Source: an uncultured Gammaproteobacteria bacterium (GTDB lineage Bacteria; Pseudomonadota; Gammaproteobacteria; Steroidobacterales; Steroidobacteraceae). Taken from it: a DNA stretch of 64,000 nt. Location of the stretch: assembly GCA_963827615.1 (NCBI GenBank), contig CAWHCA010000003.1, forward strand, positions 13,367 through 77,366, in the 5' to 3' direction. Under the pieces are notes generated by a model. The model ran no database searches. It worked only from the letters and a program-made list of their open reading frames with translations, and was not told the origin of the DNA. This document shows, in pieces, positions 1 through 9,770 of the stretch; the first letter of the stretch is position 1, and the number at the start of each line of letters is the position of its first letter. The translations under genes were made by a program, and so were the position numbers.

Positions 1-1907
1 CCGGTCGTGCTGTCCGCCGCATGCTCCTCGGTGTTCATGCGCACGTAGCGCGCCGCGTTCCACAGCTTGTTGCAGAAATTGCGGTAGCCCTCGACCCGGC
101 CGAGGTCGAAGCGGATGTCACGGCCCATGGTCGCAAGCGCGGCGAAGGTGAAGCGCAACGCATCGGTGCCGAAAGACGGAATACCCTGTGGAAACTGCTT
201 GCGCGTCGCCTTCTCGATCGCGTTACGCATCTGCGGCTGCATCAGGCCGGTGGTGCGCTTGGCGACCAGCGCCTCGACGTCGATGCCGTCGATGAGGTCG
301 AGCGGATCGATGATGTTGCCCTTCGACTTCGACATCTTGTTGCCGTGCTCGTCGCGGATGAGCCCGGTGATGTAGACCTCGCGGAAGGGCACGTCGTCCT
401 GGAACCTGAGTCCCATCATGATCATCCGGGCGACCCAGAAGAAGATGATGTCGAAGCCCGTGACCAGCACGGACGTCGGGTAGAAGGCCGCGAGTTCCGG
501 CGTCCGCTGCGGCCAGCCGAGCGTCGAAAACGGCCACAGCGCCGAACTGAACCAGGTGTCGAGCACGTCCTCGTCCTGGCGCAGCGCGACGGGCCTGCCG
601 TGGTGCCGGGTTGCGGCGACCTGCGCGTCCGCTTCGCTGCGCGCGACGAAGATGTTGCCGTCGTCGTCGTACCACGCAGGAATGCGATGCCCCCACCAGA
701 GCTGCCGGCTGATGCACCAGTCCTGGATGTTGCGCATCCACTGGAAGTAAGTCTTGGACCAGTTGTCCGGGACGAAGCGGATGCGTCCATCTGCAACGGC
801 ATCGATGGCCGGCGCCGCCAGCGGCGCGATGCGCACGTACCACTGGTCGGTGAGCCACGGCTCCAGCACCGCGCCGCTGCGGTCGCCGCGCGGCACGGGC
901 AGCGTGTGCGGGTCGACTTTCTCGAGCAACCCGGCGGCTTCGAGGTCGGCGACCACGCGCTTGCGTGCCTCGAATCGGTCCAGGCCCCGGTATTGCGGCG
1001 GCACTTCGTCGTTGAGCGCCGCATCGGCCGTGAGGATGTTGATCATCGGCAGCGAGTGACGCTTGCCGATTTCGTAGTCGTTGAAGTCGTGCGCCGGCGT
1101 GATCTTGACGCAGCCGCTGCCGAACGCGGGATCGCAGTAGTCGTCGGCGATGATCGGCACGAGACGGCCGGTCAGCGGCAACCGGACTTGCTGGCCGACG
1201 AGCTGCTGGTAGCGCTCATCTGCCGGATTCACGGCGACGGCCGTGTCACCGAGCATCGTCTCCGGACGCGTCGTCGCGACGATCATGTGGCCGCTGCCGT
1301 CCGCAAGCGGATAACGCAAGTGCCACAGGCTGCCGGCTTCGGGCTCCGAGATCACTTCGAGGTCGGACAGTGCCGTGTGCAGCACCGGGTCCCAGTTCAC
1401 GAGACGCTTGCCGCGATAGATCAGCCCGTCCTCGTGCAGGCGCACGAAGACTTCGAGCACGGCGGCGGAGAGTCCTGCGTCCATCGTGAAGCGGTCGCGC
1501 GACCAGTCGACCGAATTGCCGAGCCGGCGCATCTGGCGCGTGATCGTGCCGCCCGATTCCTCTTTCCACTGCCACACGCGCTCGAGGAATTTCTCGCGGC
1601 CCAGATCGTGCCGTGTCCTGCCCTCGGCGGCCAGCTGGCGCTCGACGACCATTTGCGTCGCGATGCCCGCGTGGTCGGTGCCCGGTTGCCAGAGGGTGCG
1701 ATCGCCGTCCATGCGGTGCAGCCGGGTCAGCACGTCCATCAGCGTGTGCTGGAAGGCATGCCCCATGTGCAGCGTGCCCGTGACGTTCGGCGGCGGGATG
1801 GCGATGCAGTAGGGTGGGCCCTCGCCGGCGGGCGCAAACCCGCCGGCCGCTTCCCAGGCAGCGTAGATGCGGGATTCGATGTCTCGGGGGGAGTAGCTCT
1901 TGTCCAT
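1..1907 (-). CDS. valS: Valyl-tRNA synthetase, N-terminal ~635 codons (3' part lies beyond the window edge)
   Basis: Hand translation of the minus strand from the ATG at 1907 gives [24 protein letters not shown]...[15 protein letters not shown] (HIGH motif). KMSKSKGN (KMSKS motif) follows further on. It sits in the classic pepA-holC-valS position. It is absent from the ORF track because it runs off the window edge. Confidence 0.93.
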   Translation of the reverse strand, partial: MDKSYSPRDIESRIYAAWEAAGGFAPAGEGPPYCIAIPPPNVTGTLHMGHAFQHTLMDVLTRLHRMDGDRTLWQPGTDHAGIATQMVVERQLAAEGRTRHDLGREKFLERVWQWKEESGGTITRQMRRLGNSVDWSRDRFTMDAGLSAAVLEVFVRLHEDGLIYRGKRLVNWDPVLHTALSDLEVISEPEAGSLWHLRYPLADGSGHMIVATTRPETMLGDTAVAVNPADERYQQLVGQQVRLPLTGRLVPIIADDYCDPAFGSGCVKITPAHDFNDYEIGKRHSLPMINILTADAALNDEVPPQYRGLDRFEARKRVVADLEAAGLLEKVDPHTLPVPRGDRSGAVLEPWLTDQWYVRIAPLAAPAIDAVADGRIRFVPDNWSKTYFQWMRNIQDWCISRQLWWGHRIPAWYDDDGNIFVARSEADAQVAATRHHGRPVALRQDEDVLDTWFSSALWPFSTLGWPQRTPELAAFYPTSVLVTGFDIIFFWVARMIMMGLRFQDDVPFREVYITGLIRDEHGNKMSKSKGNIIDPLDLIDGIDVEALVAKRTTGLMQPQMRNAIEKATRKQFPQGIPSFGTDALRFTFAALATMGRDIRFDLGRVEGYRNFCNKLWNAARYVRMNTEEHAADSTT

Positions 1908-1962
1908 CGACGGCCTCGTGCTCGAACCGTCGATTATAGCGGCAGTCCCGCGCCTGGCCGTC

Positions 1963-2250
1963 TCAGTTCGAGAGACCCGGCCCTCGGAAATGCTCGGCGA
2001 TGACCCGCGAGATCAGCCGCGGCAACTCGGCCTTGAGGCGGTCCGAGACCTGCTCGAGCAGCAGGGCCTCCATTTCGCGCAGCGCGTTGTGGACCAGTTC
2101 GTCGGCATGTTCGTGGACCACAGCCGTCAGGTGCGCTTCGAGCTCGCCCAGGAACCGGCTGGTGTCGTTGATGAAGGCCGAGGCTGAACCGATGTTCGGC
2201 TCGACGATGTCCGTCAGGACTGGGATCTGGTCGATGGGCAGGTTGTCCAT
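1963..2250 (-). CDS. Small acidic hypothetical protein between holC and valS
   Basis: 95-aa ORF on the same strand as, and tightly spaced between, holC and valS. No recognisable motif. Confidence 0.45.
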   Translation of the reverse strand: MDNLPIDQIPVLTDIVEPNIGSASAFINDTSRFLGELEAHLTAVVHEHADELVHNALREMEALLLEQVSDRLKAELPRLISRVIAEHFRGPGLSN

Positions 2251-2268
2251 GGTGCAGCGGAGCCTCGC

Positions 2269-2706
2269 TCAGAGCGGATGCGCCTCGGGCACGCAGCCTG
2301 CGTCACGGTACGTTCGCCAGCGGAGGCGGCCCGCCTTCCTGGCGTCTTCGTCGCCGCCGACCACTTCGCAGATTCGAGCATAGGCGGAAAAGTCTGCGGG
2401 TGCATCGGGCGCGAGGTTGATCAGCACGTCGCGGTGAGTGGCAGGAAGGTTGGCGCTGCCCACCACGACCGGGGTCGCGGCAACCACGTCCGGCTCGGTC
2501 GGCCAGACGACGTGCGGCACGAAGCTGCGGTCGGAAAAGGTCCACAGCAATTCGTCGAACTCCGCGGTCTCCGCGGCACTGGCGGTGCGTACGGCCACCC
2601 GCAAGCCCTGATCGTACGCTTTCTCGGCGAGGCGGCACGCCGTGACGAGGCGAGCCCGGCGGTCTGGTTCGCCGAGCGGGTAGAAGTCGACCTTGATCGT
2701 GCCCAC
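2269..2706 (-). CDS. holC: DNA polymerase III chi subunit
   Basis: 145 aa lying 18 nt downstream of pepA. Size and sequence (VDFYPL..., ELLWTF...FVPH) are typical of HolC, and the pepA-holC-valS synteny is conserved. Confidence 0.85.
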   Translation of the reverse strand: MGTIKVDFYPLGEPDRRARLVTACRLAEKAYDQGLRVAVRTASAAETAEFDELLWTFSDRSFVPHVVWPTEPDVVAATPVVVGSANLPATHRDVLINLAPDAPADFSAYARICEVVGGDEDARKAGRLRWRTYRDAGCVPEAHPL

Positions 2707-2724
2707 GGTTCGTGCAGGGCGGCG

Positions 2725-4209
2725 TCAGGCCCGGCCGAGCAGGAAATCCATCAGCAGGGGCACCGGGCGACCGGTGCTGCCCTTGTGCGATCCTGTCAGG
2801 TACGCCGTGCCCGCAATGTCCAGGTGGGCCCAGTGCAGGCCTTCGGTGAACTTGGCGAGGAAGCACGCAGCGGTAATGGCGCCGCCGTCGCGACCGCAGG
2901 CATTGGCGAAATCCGCGAAATTGCTCTTCAGCTGCTCGTGGTATTCCTCGGCCATCGGCATGTGCCAGCAGCGGTCCTCCGCGCGCAGGCCGGCCGCGGT
3001 GAGCTCGCCCGCGAGTTCGTCATCGTTGCTCATGACGGCGCTCAGGTGCGCGCCGAGTGCGATCACGCAGGCGCCCGTGAGCGTCGCGATGTCGACGACC
3101 GCCGCCGGCTTGAACCGGCGCGCGTAGGTGAGCGCATCGCACAGGATCAGGCGGCCTTCGGCGTCGGTGTTGATCACCTCGATGGTCTGGCCCGACATGC
3201 TGCGGACGATGTCGCCCGGCTTCGTCGCGCGGCCGCTCGGCATGTTCTCGCAGGATGGAACGATGCCGACGACGTTGAGCTTGAGGCCCATTTCGGCCGC
3301 GGCCTTGATCGCGCCGAAGACGCTGGCAGCGCCCGTCATGTCGAACTTCATCTCGTCCATGCCCGGCGGCTGCTTCAGCGAGATGCCGCCGCTGTCGAAC
3401 GTGACGCCCTTGCCGACGAGCGCGACGGGCGCCTGTCCCGCGCGACCGCCGTCGTAGCGCATGACGATCAGCTTGGCCGGCTCGTCGGTGCCGTTGGTGA
3501 CGGACAGGAACGAACCCATCTTGAGCCGCTTCAGGTCGCGTTCCTCGAGTACCTGCGTCCGCACCGACTTGTACGACCGGGCGAGTTCCTTCGCCTGCTG
3601 CGCGAGGTGGCCCGGCGTGCAGACGTTGGCCGGGAGGTTGGCGAGATCGCGCGTCAGGGCGGAGCCCGCGGCAATCGCCTGGCCATGGTCCAGGCCACGT
3701 TGGGTGGCCGACTTCTGGCTGGCCTCGGAGATGGCGATGCCGAACGATTTCAACGCTGGATCCGCTGGCTTGCGCGCGCTGCGGATGGCGGGGACACGGT
3801 AGAGTGCAGCGCCCACCGCCTCGGCGGCGAGGCGGGCGTCGTAATAGGCGTCGGGCTCAGCGACCGATTCCGCGAGGTAACTTACGGCGTCACGGGCGCC
3901 CGTCCGGGCGATCGCGCCAAGCGCGGCCAGCAGCGCCTTGCGGTACTGCTTGCGGCCAAAGGCACCCTTCTTGCCGAGTCCGACCACCAGGATGCGTTCG
4001 CAGGCGGCGCCTTCCGTATCGATGAGGCGCAGTTCGCCAGTCTTGCCATGCACGTCGCCGCGCTTGATCAACCGGCTCAGGCGTCCTGCCAGGGCGGAGT
4101 CGAGCGCGGCCGCCGCGCCGGTCAGCCCGCCACCGCCTTCGTGCAGGCCGACGATGGCGCAATCGGTCTTCTGGCGTTGCGGGGCGGCGGTGGCGACGAA
4201 TAGACGCAT
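2725..4209 (-). CDS. pepA: Leucyl (cytosol) aminopeptidase, M17 family
   Basis: 494 aa with M17 catalytic-region motifs (VGKGVTFDSGGISLK, NTDAEGRL). It is divergent from lptF, as in other gammaproteobacteria. Confidence 0.95.
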   Translation of the reverse strand: MRLFVATAAPQRQKTDCAIVGLHEGGGGLTGAAAALDSALAGRLSRLIKRGDVHGKTGELRLIDTEGAACERILVVGLGKKGAFGRKQYRKALLAALGAIARTGARDAVSYLAESVAEPDAYYDARLAAEAVGAALYRVPAIRSARKPADPALKSFGIAISEASQKSATQRGLDHGQAIAAGSALTRDLANLPANVCTPGHLAQQAKELARSYKSVRTQVLEERDLKRLKMGSFLSVTNGTDEPAKLIVMRYDGGRAGQAPVALVGKGVTFDSGGISLKQPPGMDEMKFDMTGAASVFGAIKAAAEMGLKLNVVGIVPSCENMPSGRATKPGDIVRSMSGQTIEVINTDAEGRLILCDALTYARRFKPAAVVDIATLTGACVIALGAHLSAVMSNDDELAGELTAAGLRAEDRCWHMPMAEEYHEQLKSNFADFANACGRDGGAITAACFLAKFTEGLHWAHLDIAGTAYLTGSHKGSTGRPVPLLMDFLLGRA

Positions 4210-4324
4210 CGGTCAGTCCTTTATCCGTAAGGCGTCCAGCGCGGGTCGACTTTGTACCCGGTCGCCGGTTCGCCCGTTAAACTGAACGCGCGAGTTTACC
4301 GATTCCCGCCGAGGCCCGCGAACT

Positions 4325-5440
4325 TTGCTCAATCGCCTGGACCGCTACCTGCTGCGCGAAGTGACCGTGACCTTCGTCGCGGTCACCGGCGTGCTGCTGA
4401 TCGTGCTGCTTTCCAACCAGTTTGCGCGGGTGCTCGGGCAGGCGGCAGCCAACGGGTTTCCCGCCAGCATCGTGCTGACGCTGATCGGCCTGACCACGCT
4501 GCAGCAGCTCACCGTGCTCGTGCCGATCGGCCTGTTCCTCGGCATCGTGCTGGCGCTCGGCCGCCTGTACCACGAGAGCGAAATGACGGCGATGACGGCC
4601 TGCGGCGTCGGGCCGTTGCGGATTTACCGGCCGATTGCGCTGCTGGCGGTGGTCGTGGCAGCCCTGCTCGCGGTGCTTTCCTACCGGATCGTGCCGGCTG
4701 CCTGGATCAAATCGAACGATCTTCGGGTCGAGGCGACGCGGGCTGCACAGTTCGGCGCGCTCACGCCGGGACGATTCCGCAGCTTCGCCGGCGGCGATGC
4801 CGTCTTCTATGCCGAGCGCGTCGAGAAGTCGGGTGAGCTGTACGGCGTGTTCGTGCAGCGCAGTGTCGGTGACAAGATCGAGGTTGCAATGGCCGAAAGG
4901 GCAGTGCAACGTGGGGCGGGCCAGCCCGAGCAGATGTTCATCCTGTTCGACGGGCGTCGCTACGAGGGCGTGCCCGGGATGCCGAACTGGCGCATCGTGG
5001 AATTCCGCGAGCACGGGATCCCGGTACGCCTGCCCGAGGCGAAGGCGGGCAAGGACAAGATCGAGGCGAAGAGCACGGCGACGCTGATGGCGTCGGACGA
5101 GCCGAAGGATCGCGCCGAACTGGCGTGGCGCACGGCGGTGCCCGTCATGGCGCTCGTGCTGATGGTGCTCGCGGTGCCGCTCGCCCGCCTGCGCCCGCGC
5201 CAGGGACGGTTCGCCCGGGTTGCCTACGCGGTGCTCGCGTACTTCATGTATTCGAACCTGCTGGCGGCGGTGCGGGTCTGGATCCAGAAGGATGCTGCGG
5301 GCGGACAACTGGGCCTCTGGTGGGTCCATCTCGTGCCGCTCGCGCTCGCCGCATGGCTGCTCTGGAGTGAAATCCATCCCGGCAAACCATGGCGCGTTCG
5401 CTGGCAGCGACGTCCAGCCAGCGCCGCCGCGGCTGGCTGA
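4325..5440 (+). CDS. lptF: LPS export ABC permease LptF
   Basis: 371 aa with N-terminus MLNRLDRYLLREV and a multi-TM YjgP/YjgQ-type profile. Divergent from pepA and followed by lptG. TTG start. Confidence 0.9.
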   Translation: MLNRLDRYLLREVTVTFVAVTGVLLIVLLSNQFARVLGQAAANGFPASIVLTLIGLTTLQQLTVLVPIGLFLGIVLALGRLYHESEMTAMTACGVGPLRIYRPIALLAVVVAALLAVLSYRIVPAAWIKSNDLRVEATRAAQFGALTPGRFRSFAGGDAVFYAERVEKSGELYGVFVQRSVGDKIEVAMAERAVQRGAGQPEQMFILFDGRRYEGVPGMPNWRIVEFREHGIPVRLPEAKAGKDKIEAKSTATLMASDEPKDRAELAWRTAVPVMALVLMVLAVPLARLRPRQGRFARVAYAVLAYFMYSNLLAAVRVWIQKDAAGGQLGLWWVHLVPLALAAWLLWSEIHPGKPWRVRWQRRPASAAAAG

Positions 5441-5454
5441 GGCCGATCGTCGTG

Positions 5455-6528
5455 ATGGGAGTTCTCAGCCGTTACCTGATCCGCACCGTGCTCGGTTATA
5501 CCGCGCTGGTCATGATCGTGCTGCTCGCGCTCGGCGCGCTGTTCATGTTCATCGGCCAGCAGGACGACATCGGCGTCGGCAACTACACGGCTACGCAGGC
5601 ATTGCTGTTCGTCGCCCTGAACCTGCCGAGCTACCTGTTCCAGTTGCTGCCCGTGGCGGCATTGATCGGCTCGCTGCTCGGCCTCGGCAACCTGGCGCGA
5701 GGCAGTGAGCTCATCGTCATGCGTTCCGCGGGCGTGACGACGCTGCGTTTCTGCCTGTGGCTCGGCACGGCCGGCCTGATCCTGTCGTCGCTGATGTTCG
5801 TCATCGGTGAATACGTCGCTCCGCCGCTCGGGCAGTACGCGCGGCAGCTCAAGGTCTTTGCCAAGTTCGACGAGTTCGCCCTCGCAGGCAACCGCGCGAC
5901 GTGGGTGCGTGACGGCGACACCATCATCAGCGTCGACCAGCAGTCTGCCAGCACGCGCTTCGGCGGCATCAAGGTGTTCCAGGTCGATCGCGATCGCCGG
6001 CTCGTGAGCGTCGGCCGCGCCGAGTCGGCGAGCGTCAAGGGCGGCAATGTCTGGCGGCTGGAGAAATACGTCGGCACGTCGTTCGAGCGGGATTCGCTCA
6101 CGGCCGCCGTCGATCGAGCCGGCGAGCGCGACGTGCGCACGTCGTTGTCGTCGGAGTTCCTCGGTCTTGCGATCGCGGAACCCGACACGATGGGATTGCG
6201 TGACCTGCGGGACTACATCGCGCACCTGCAGCGCAACGCACTGCAGTCGGACCGGTTCGAGATGGCTTACTGGTCTCGCCTCGCGCGGTTCGTCGCCGTG
6301 CTGCTGGTGATCATGCTGGCGCTGCCGTTCTGCGTGGGGTCGTTGCGCAATTCGGGGCAGGGCGCGCGCACCGTGGTCGGCGTGCTGATCGGTGCTGGAT
6401 TCGTGCTGCTGAGCCAGACGCTCGAGAGCAGCGGGGAGTTGTTCGGCCTGCCGCCCTGGGTGGTGGGCTGGCTGCCGACGGCGTTGCTCGGTGCGGTGAC
6501 GGGGACGCTGCTCTGGCGTAACCGCTGA
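5455..6528 (+). CDS. lptG: LPS export ABC permease LptG
   Basis: I chose the internal ATG at 5455 (MGVLSRYLIRTVLGY), which lies just after the lptF stop at 5440. The upstream part of the ORF-track ORF overlaps lptF. Confidence 0.9.
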   Translation: MGVLSRYLIRTVLGYTALVMIVLLALGALFMFIGQQDDIGVGNYTATQALLFVALNLPSYLFQLLPVAALIGSLLGLGNLARGSELIVMRSAGVTTLRFCLWLGTAGLILSSLMFVIGEYVAPPLGQYARQLKVFAKFDEFALAGNRATWVRDGDTIISVDQQSASTRFGGIKVFQVDRDRRLVSVGRAESASVKGGNVWRLEKYVGTSFERDSLTAAVDRAGERDVRTSLSSEFLGLAIAEPDTMGLRDLRDYIAHLQRNALQSDRFEMAYWSRLARFVAVLLVIMLALPFCVGSLRNSGQGARTVVGVLIGAGFVLLSQTLESSGELFGLPPWVVGWLPTALLGAVTGTLLWRNR

Positions 6529-6611
6529 GTCGCAGGTTCGATTCCGCAGCTGCCGCTTCGATGCGGTGTGTTCGTGCGACTTTATCGGGCCGACGGATTT
6601 TTCTGGCAAGG

Positions 6612-7112
6612 CGCGGGTTGCAGGGCGCCCGTTCCGGGTCTTCTCCGGGCGAGCGGAAAGGCAGACACGCTCGCCCGGAGAAGACCCCGAACGAACGCCT
6701 GATCGACGGCGCCTGAGCGAATTTTCGGCGGACCGAAAATTCGCACGGCGCAGAGGCGTCGAAGCGGTGCCGGGAATCGATTTCGATGTGCCGATGGCAC
6801 CGCCGATTATCCCAGGTGACAGCATCAACCACGGTGGGGCATCACCCCGGTCAGGCAACGATCGTGAAAGCTGGAATCGGGTCGCGCCGCAACCTTCAGG
6901 TTGTCTCGTCGGATGTCGCGTGTCTCGATGGGTGTGCGCAGGCCTCGAAGCGGAACGCCGTCTTTACTGCGTGAATCTACTTGCGCCGTGCGGGTCGTTC
7001 GGTCCGCCGAACGGCTCGCTCAGGCGCGGCGTGTCGAGCGTTTGATTCGGTTGATTGTCCGAATCGCGTGTCTGCCTTTCCGCGATTCGGACAATCAACC
7101 GAATCGAACGCC
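6612..7112. repeat. Pair of ~130-140 nt imperfect inverted repeats, each holding one long and one short hairpin, enclosing ~230 nt
   Basis: Long hairpin 1 (6631-6692) has a 20+4 bp stem and the loop GAAAGGCAGACA. Long hairpin 2 (7044-7105) has a perfect 25 bp stem and the loop TGTCTGCCTTTC, the exact reverse complement. Short hairpins lie at 6717-6744 (loop CGGA) and 6990-7019 (loop TCCG). The flanks share GCGCCTGAGCGA, TTCGGCGGACCGAA and CGCACGGCGCA in inverted orientation. Confidence 0.85.
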
Positions 7113-7114
7113 TG

Positions 7115-7618
7115 TCACTTCCCCGCCTTCCGCCCCTTCGGCAGCACCACCACCCGCGAATGCGAAAGGGAGTCATGCCAGGTCCGTCGCTCACGATCGA
7201 ACAGCGCCCACACCCAGCCGAGACCCGCCGGCAGCCACGAAAGGACACTCGCGCCCAGCCGCACGGCCACGTCCCGCCACGTCAGCAGGAACCCGTCGTC
7301 GCGCTGCACGCGCAACCGCCAGGTTGCCATGCCCAGCGTCTGCCCTCGCTGGGTCCAGGGCAGGCCGAAGTAGACGACGATGGCGATCGCGAGCGCCGCC
7401 CAGTACGGCAATACGAGCAGCGGGAAGCGATCCCAGGTCACGGCCTCGCCACCCGTGAATGGCAGGAAGCCTGCAGTGACGATCATCAGCACGGCCAGCA
7501 CCAGCAATCCGTCGTAGACCATAGCCGCAAGTCGTCGCAGCAATCCAGCCGGGGGCAGCTCCACCGCAGCAGGAGCAGGGTCGGGGGGATTCACGGAATC
7601 GTCGGCAGGGCTGTTCAC
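7115..7618 (-). CDS. RDD-family membrane protein
   Basis: 167 aa with three hydrophobic segments. It carries the family-typical LRRLAAMVYDGLL and an RDD tripeptide (VQRDDG). Confidence 0.75.
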   Translation of the reverse strand: MNSPADDSVNPPDPAPAAVELPPAGLLRRLAAMVYDGLLVLAVLMIVTAGFLPFTGGEAVTWDRFPLLVLPYWAALAIAIVVYFGLPWTQRGQTLGMATWRLRVQRDDGFLLTWRDVAVRLGASVLSWLPAGLGWVWALFDRERRTWHDSLSHSRVVVLPKGRKAGK

Positions 7619-7640
7619 GGCAGCGAGCGCGGCGGCAAAT

Positions 7641-7922
7641 TCAGAACTTGTCGGATCGCAGCACGCTCACGTCCTGCATGAACAGGATCATCGCGTAGTG
7701 ATCGTAGAATTTCTCGCGCACCCGCGCGGCGATACGGTCCGCGACAGCCGGGTCGCAGATGACCTCGACGCGGATGTTGCCTTCCTGCGCCCAGTCGGAC
7801 TGGCGCAGCCCGCGGCTGCCCTTGCCACGGACATCGGTAATCGTGAAGCCGCGAACGCCGAGCGCTTCCAGCTCGGTGACCAGCGCGCGCTCGAGCGCGG
7901 ATTCGGTGACGATCGTGACCAT
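7641..7922 (-). CDS. P-II-like signal protein (SbtB-like)
   Basis: I chose the internal ATG at 7922 (MVTIVTESALERALVTELEALGVRGFTITDVRGKGSRG...). It has a P-II-like beta-alpha-beta start and a T-loop-like GKGSRG. It lies 31 nt downstream of the SbtA-like permease. The upstream 80 codons of the ORF-track ORF are Arg/Ser-rich and overlap that gene. Confidence 0.6.
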   Translation of the reverse strand: MVTIVTESALERALVTELEALGVRGFTITDVRGKGSRGLRQSDWAQEGNIRVEVICDPAVADRIAARVREKFYDHYAMILFMQDVSVLRSDKF

Positions 7923-7953
7923 GCGTCGCGTGTAGTGCTGCACCGGGGTGGTC

Positions 7954-8895
7954 TCAGAAGGAGGCGACCAGGGTCGCCAGCCGTTGGTAGATCGGAATGC
8001 CGATAATGATGTTGAAGGGGAAGGTGACGGCGAGCGACGCCGTGAGCGAGAGCGCCGGATTGGCCTCGGGCACGGCCGTGCGCATCGCGGTCGGCGCGGC
8101 GATGTATGAAGCACTCGCCGCGAGCGTCGCGAGGACGAAGATGCCACCCGGCGAGAGGCCAATCGCGCGGCCGAGCAGGGCGCCGACGGAGGCGCCGAAC
8201 AACGGCATCAACGTGCCAAACAACACCAGGAACGGGGCGTTGCGTTTCAGCGCGCCGAGTTGCGTTGCGGCGATCAACCCCATCTCGAGCAGGAACAGCG
8301 CAAGGATGCCCTTGAACAGGCCGAAGAACAGTGGCTGGATCGATGCCGTACCTTCGGGCCCGCTGATCCAGCCAATCGCGAGGCCGCCCAGCAGCAGGAC
8401 GATGCTGCGGCCGAGCAGCAGTTCGCGCAGCAGCGGCTTCCAGGCGACGTCACCGCCGAAACCACGTGCCAGCACGATGCCTGCGAGAATTGCCGGCACC
8501 TCGAGTACCACGACCCACACCGGGGCGCGCGCTTCGTACGGAATTCCCTGCACCGCAAGGTGGCCGATGAGGACCGCAAACGTACCGACGCTCACCGAGC
8601 CATAATGCGCGCCGAGGGACGCCGCGTCGGCGCGGCCGAGCCGGCCGAGGAAGCGCGCGACGAGAAAGACGGGGATCGGCAGGCCGAAACCGAGGACCAG
8701 CAGGGCTGCGAGTTCGACGGGGGGAAAGCCTTCACCGGCACGCGCGAGTTCGACGCCGCCTTTCAGGCCGATCGCGAGCAGCAGCAGGGTGCTGACGAAA
8801 TCGTAAATCGATGCAGGCAGGCGCAGTTCGGCTTTGGCCAGGCCCGCGAAGGCACCGAGCAGGAAGAACAGGATGACGGGATCCAGGGTCGGCAT
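7954..8895 (-). CDS. Sodium-dependent bicarbonate transporter-like permease (SbtA/DUF897-type)
   Basis: 313-aa polytopic membrane protein (MPTLDPVILFFLLGAFAGLAKAELRLP..., GLKGGVEL). It is paired with a downstream P-II-like gene, as in sbtA-sbtB. Confidence 0.65.
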   Translation of the reverse strand: MPTLDPVILFFLLGAFAGLAKAELRLPASIYDFVSTLLLLAIGLKGGVELARAGEGFPPVELAALLVLGFGLPIPVFLVARFLGRLGRADAASLGAHYGSVSVGTFAVLIGHLAVQGIPYEARAPVWVVVLEVPAILAGIVLARGFGGDVAWKPLLRELLLGRSIVLLLGGLAIGWISGPEGTASIQPLFFGLFKGILALFLLEMGLIAATQLGALKRNAPFLVLFGTLMPLFGASVGALLGRAIGLSPGGIFVLATLAASASYIAAPTAMRTAVPEANPALSLTASLAVTFPFNIIIGIPIYQRLATLVASF

Positions 8896-9018
8896 GAATA
8901 TTCATTTGCGGGACGAAGGTCCGGTGCGCCCGGAGCGCAACGATAGGCGAAGATGCCATGCGCGTCACGGTGTTCAAGGGTGGAACCCGGCTCCTGCCCA
9001 GCGACGAACGAGGCGACG

Positions 9019-9723
9019 ATGAGTTCGGTTCCAGTTCACGATTCGACGACTGCGACTGCGACTGCGACAGCGCTGGTCTGGGACTGGCCGCTGCGTGCGT
9101 TTCACTGGTCGCTGGTGGTTGCCGTCGCCGGTTCGTTCGCGACGCACTATGCAGGGATAGAGTGGTTCGACTGGCATCGCCGTTGCGGCTATGCCGTTGC
9201 AGTGCTGGTGGGATTCCGGCTCGCGTGGGGTTTCGTGGGTCCGCGGTACTCGCGGTTCTCGTCGTTCCTGCGCGGGCCAGGCGTGGTGATCGAACACTTG
9301 CGTGGCCGGCAACCGTACCCGACGGCGGGCCACAATCCCCTCGGTGCGGTCAGTGTGCTGGCGTTCGTGGGGTCGCTGGCGATGCAGGTGGGCACGGGAC
9401 TGTACGCCAACGACGAGATCGCGAATGCCGGACCATTCTATGGCTGGGTTACGCAGGCAACCAGCAATCGCCTTACTGCGCTGCACGATCTCAATTCCAA
9501 CGTCCTGCTGGCGTTGATCGTCGCGCATCTCGTCGCCATCGCGTGGTACGACGGGCGGCGACGGCTTGGCCTGGTGCGCGCGTTCTGGACGGGCCGCAAG
9601 GCAGGGGCGGAGGGCATTCGTTCCTCTCGCGGTGAACTCGCGATCGTTATCGTGGTGGCGTTGAGCGTCGCCCTGGCGCTCGCGATCCGTGCGGCGCCAG
9701 AGGCGTCGGTCAGCTTCTTCTAG
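9019..9723 (+). CDS. Cytochrome b561 / Ni-Fe-hydrogenase b-type cytochrome family membrane protein
   Basis: Start chosen at the ATG at 9019. It has four TM segments with conserved His residues (RAFHWSL, GHNPLGA, VAHLVAI). Confidence 0.8.
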   Translation: MSSVPVHDSTTATATATALVWDWPLRAFHWSLVVAVAGSFATHYAGIEWFDWHRRCGYAVAVLVGFRLAWGFVGPRYSRFSSFLRGPGVVIEHLRGRQPYPTAGHNPLGAVSVLAFVGSLAMQVGTGLYANDEIANAGPFYGWVTQATSNRLTALHDLNSNVLLALIVAHLVAIAWYDGRRRLGLVRAFWTGRKAGAEGIRSSRGELAIVIVVALSVALALAIRAAPEASVSFF

Positions 9724-9770
9724 GGCGCGGGTCGTTTCAGGGAACGATGCCGGCGCTGAAGAGTAGCTGG

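Noticed and set aside
21-2003. 660-aa plus-strand ORF covering the left end of the window
   Set aside because: It is antisense to a clean valS reading frame with HIGH and KMSKS motifs. Its product is Arg/Ala/Gly/His-rich with no motifs, typical of shadow ORFs in GC-rich DNA.
2278-4203. 641-aa plus-strand ORF
   Set aside because: It is antisense to holC and pepA. Its composition is low-complexity and Arg/Ala-rich, and it has no motifs.
6529-6560. tRNA-like T-loop string GGTTCGATTCC just after the lptG stop
   Set aside because: The flanking bases do not form a T-stem (GCAGG versus CCGCA). No acceptor, D or anticodon arms could be folded upstream, where the sequence is lptG coding.
5224-6858. 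544-aa minus-strand ORF (also 4277-5377 on the minus strand)
   Set aside because: It is antisense to lptF/lptG, which have proper membrane-protein profiles. The shadow ORFs are Arg-rich.
6631-7105. Long hairpins as integron attC sites / gene cassette
   Set aside because: No intI gene is nearby. The hairpin ends do not match the RYYYAAC / GTTRRRY cores. The enclosed 230 nt has no credible cassette ORF.
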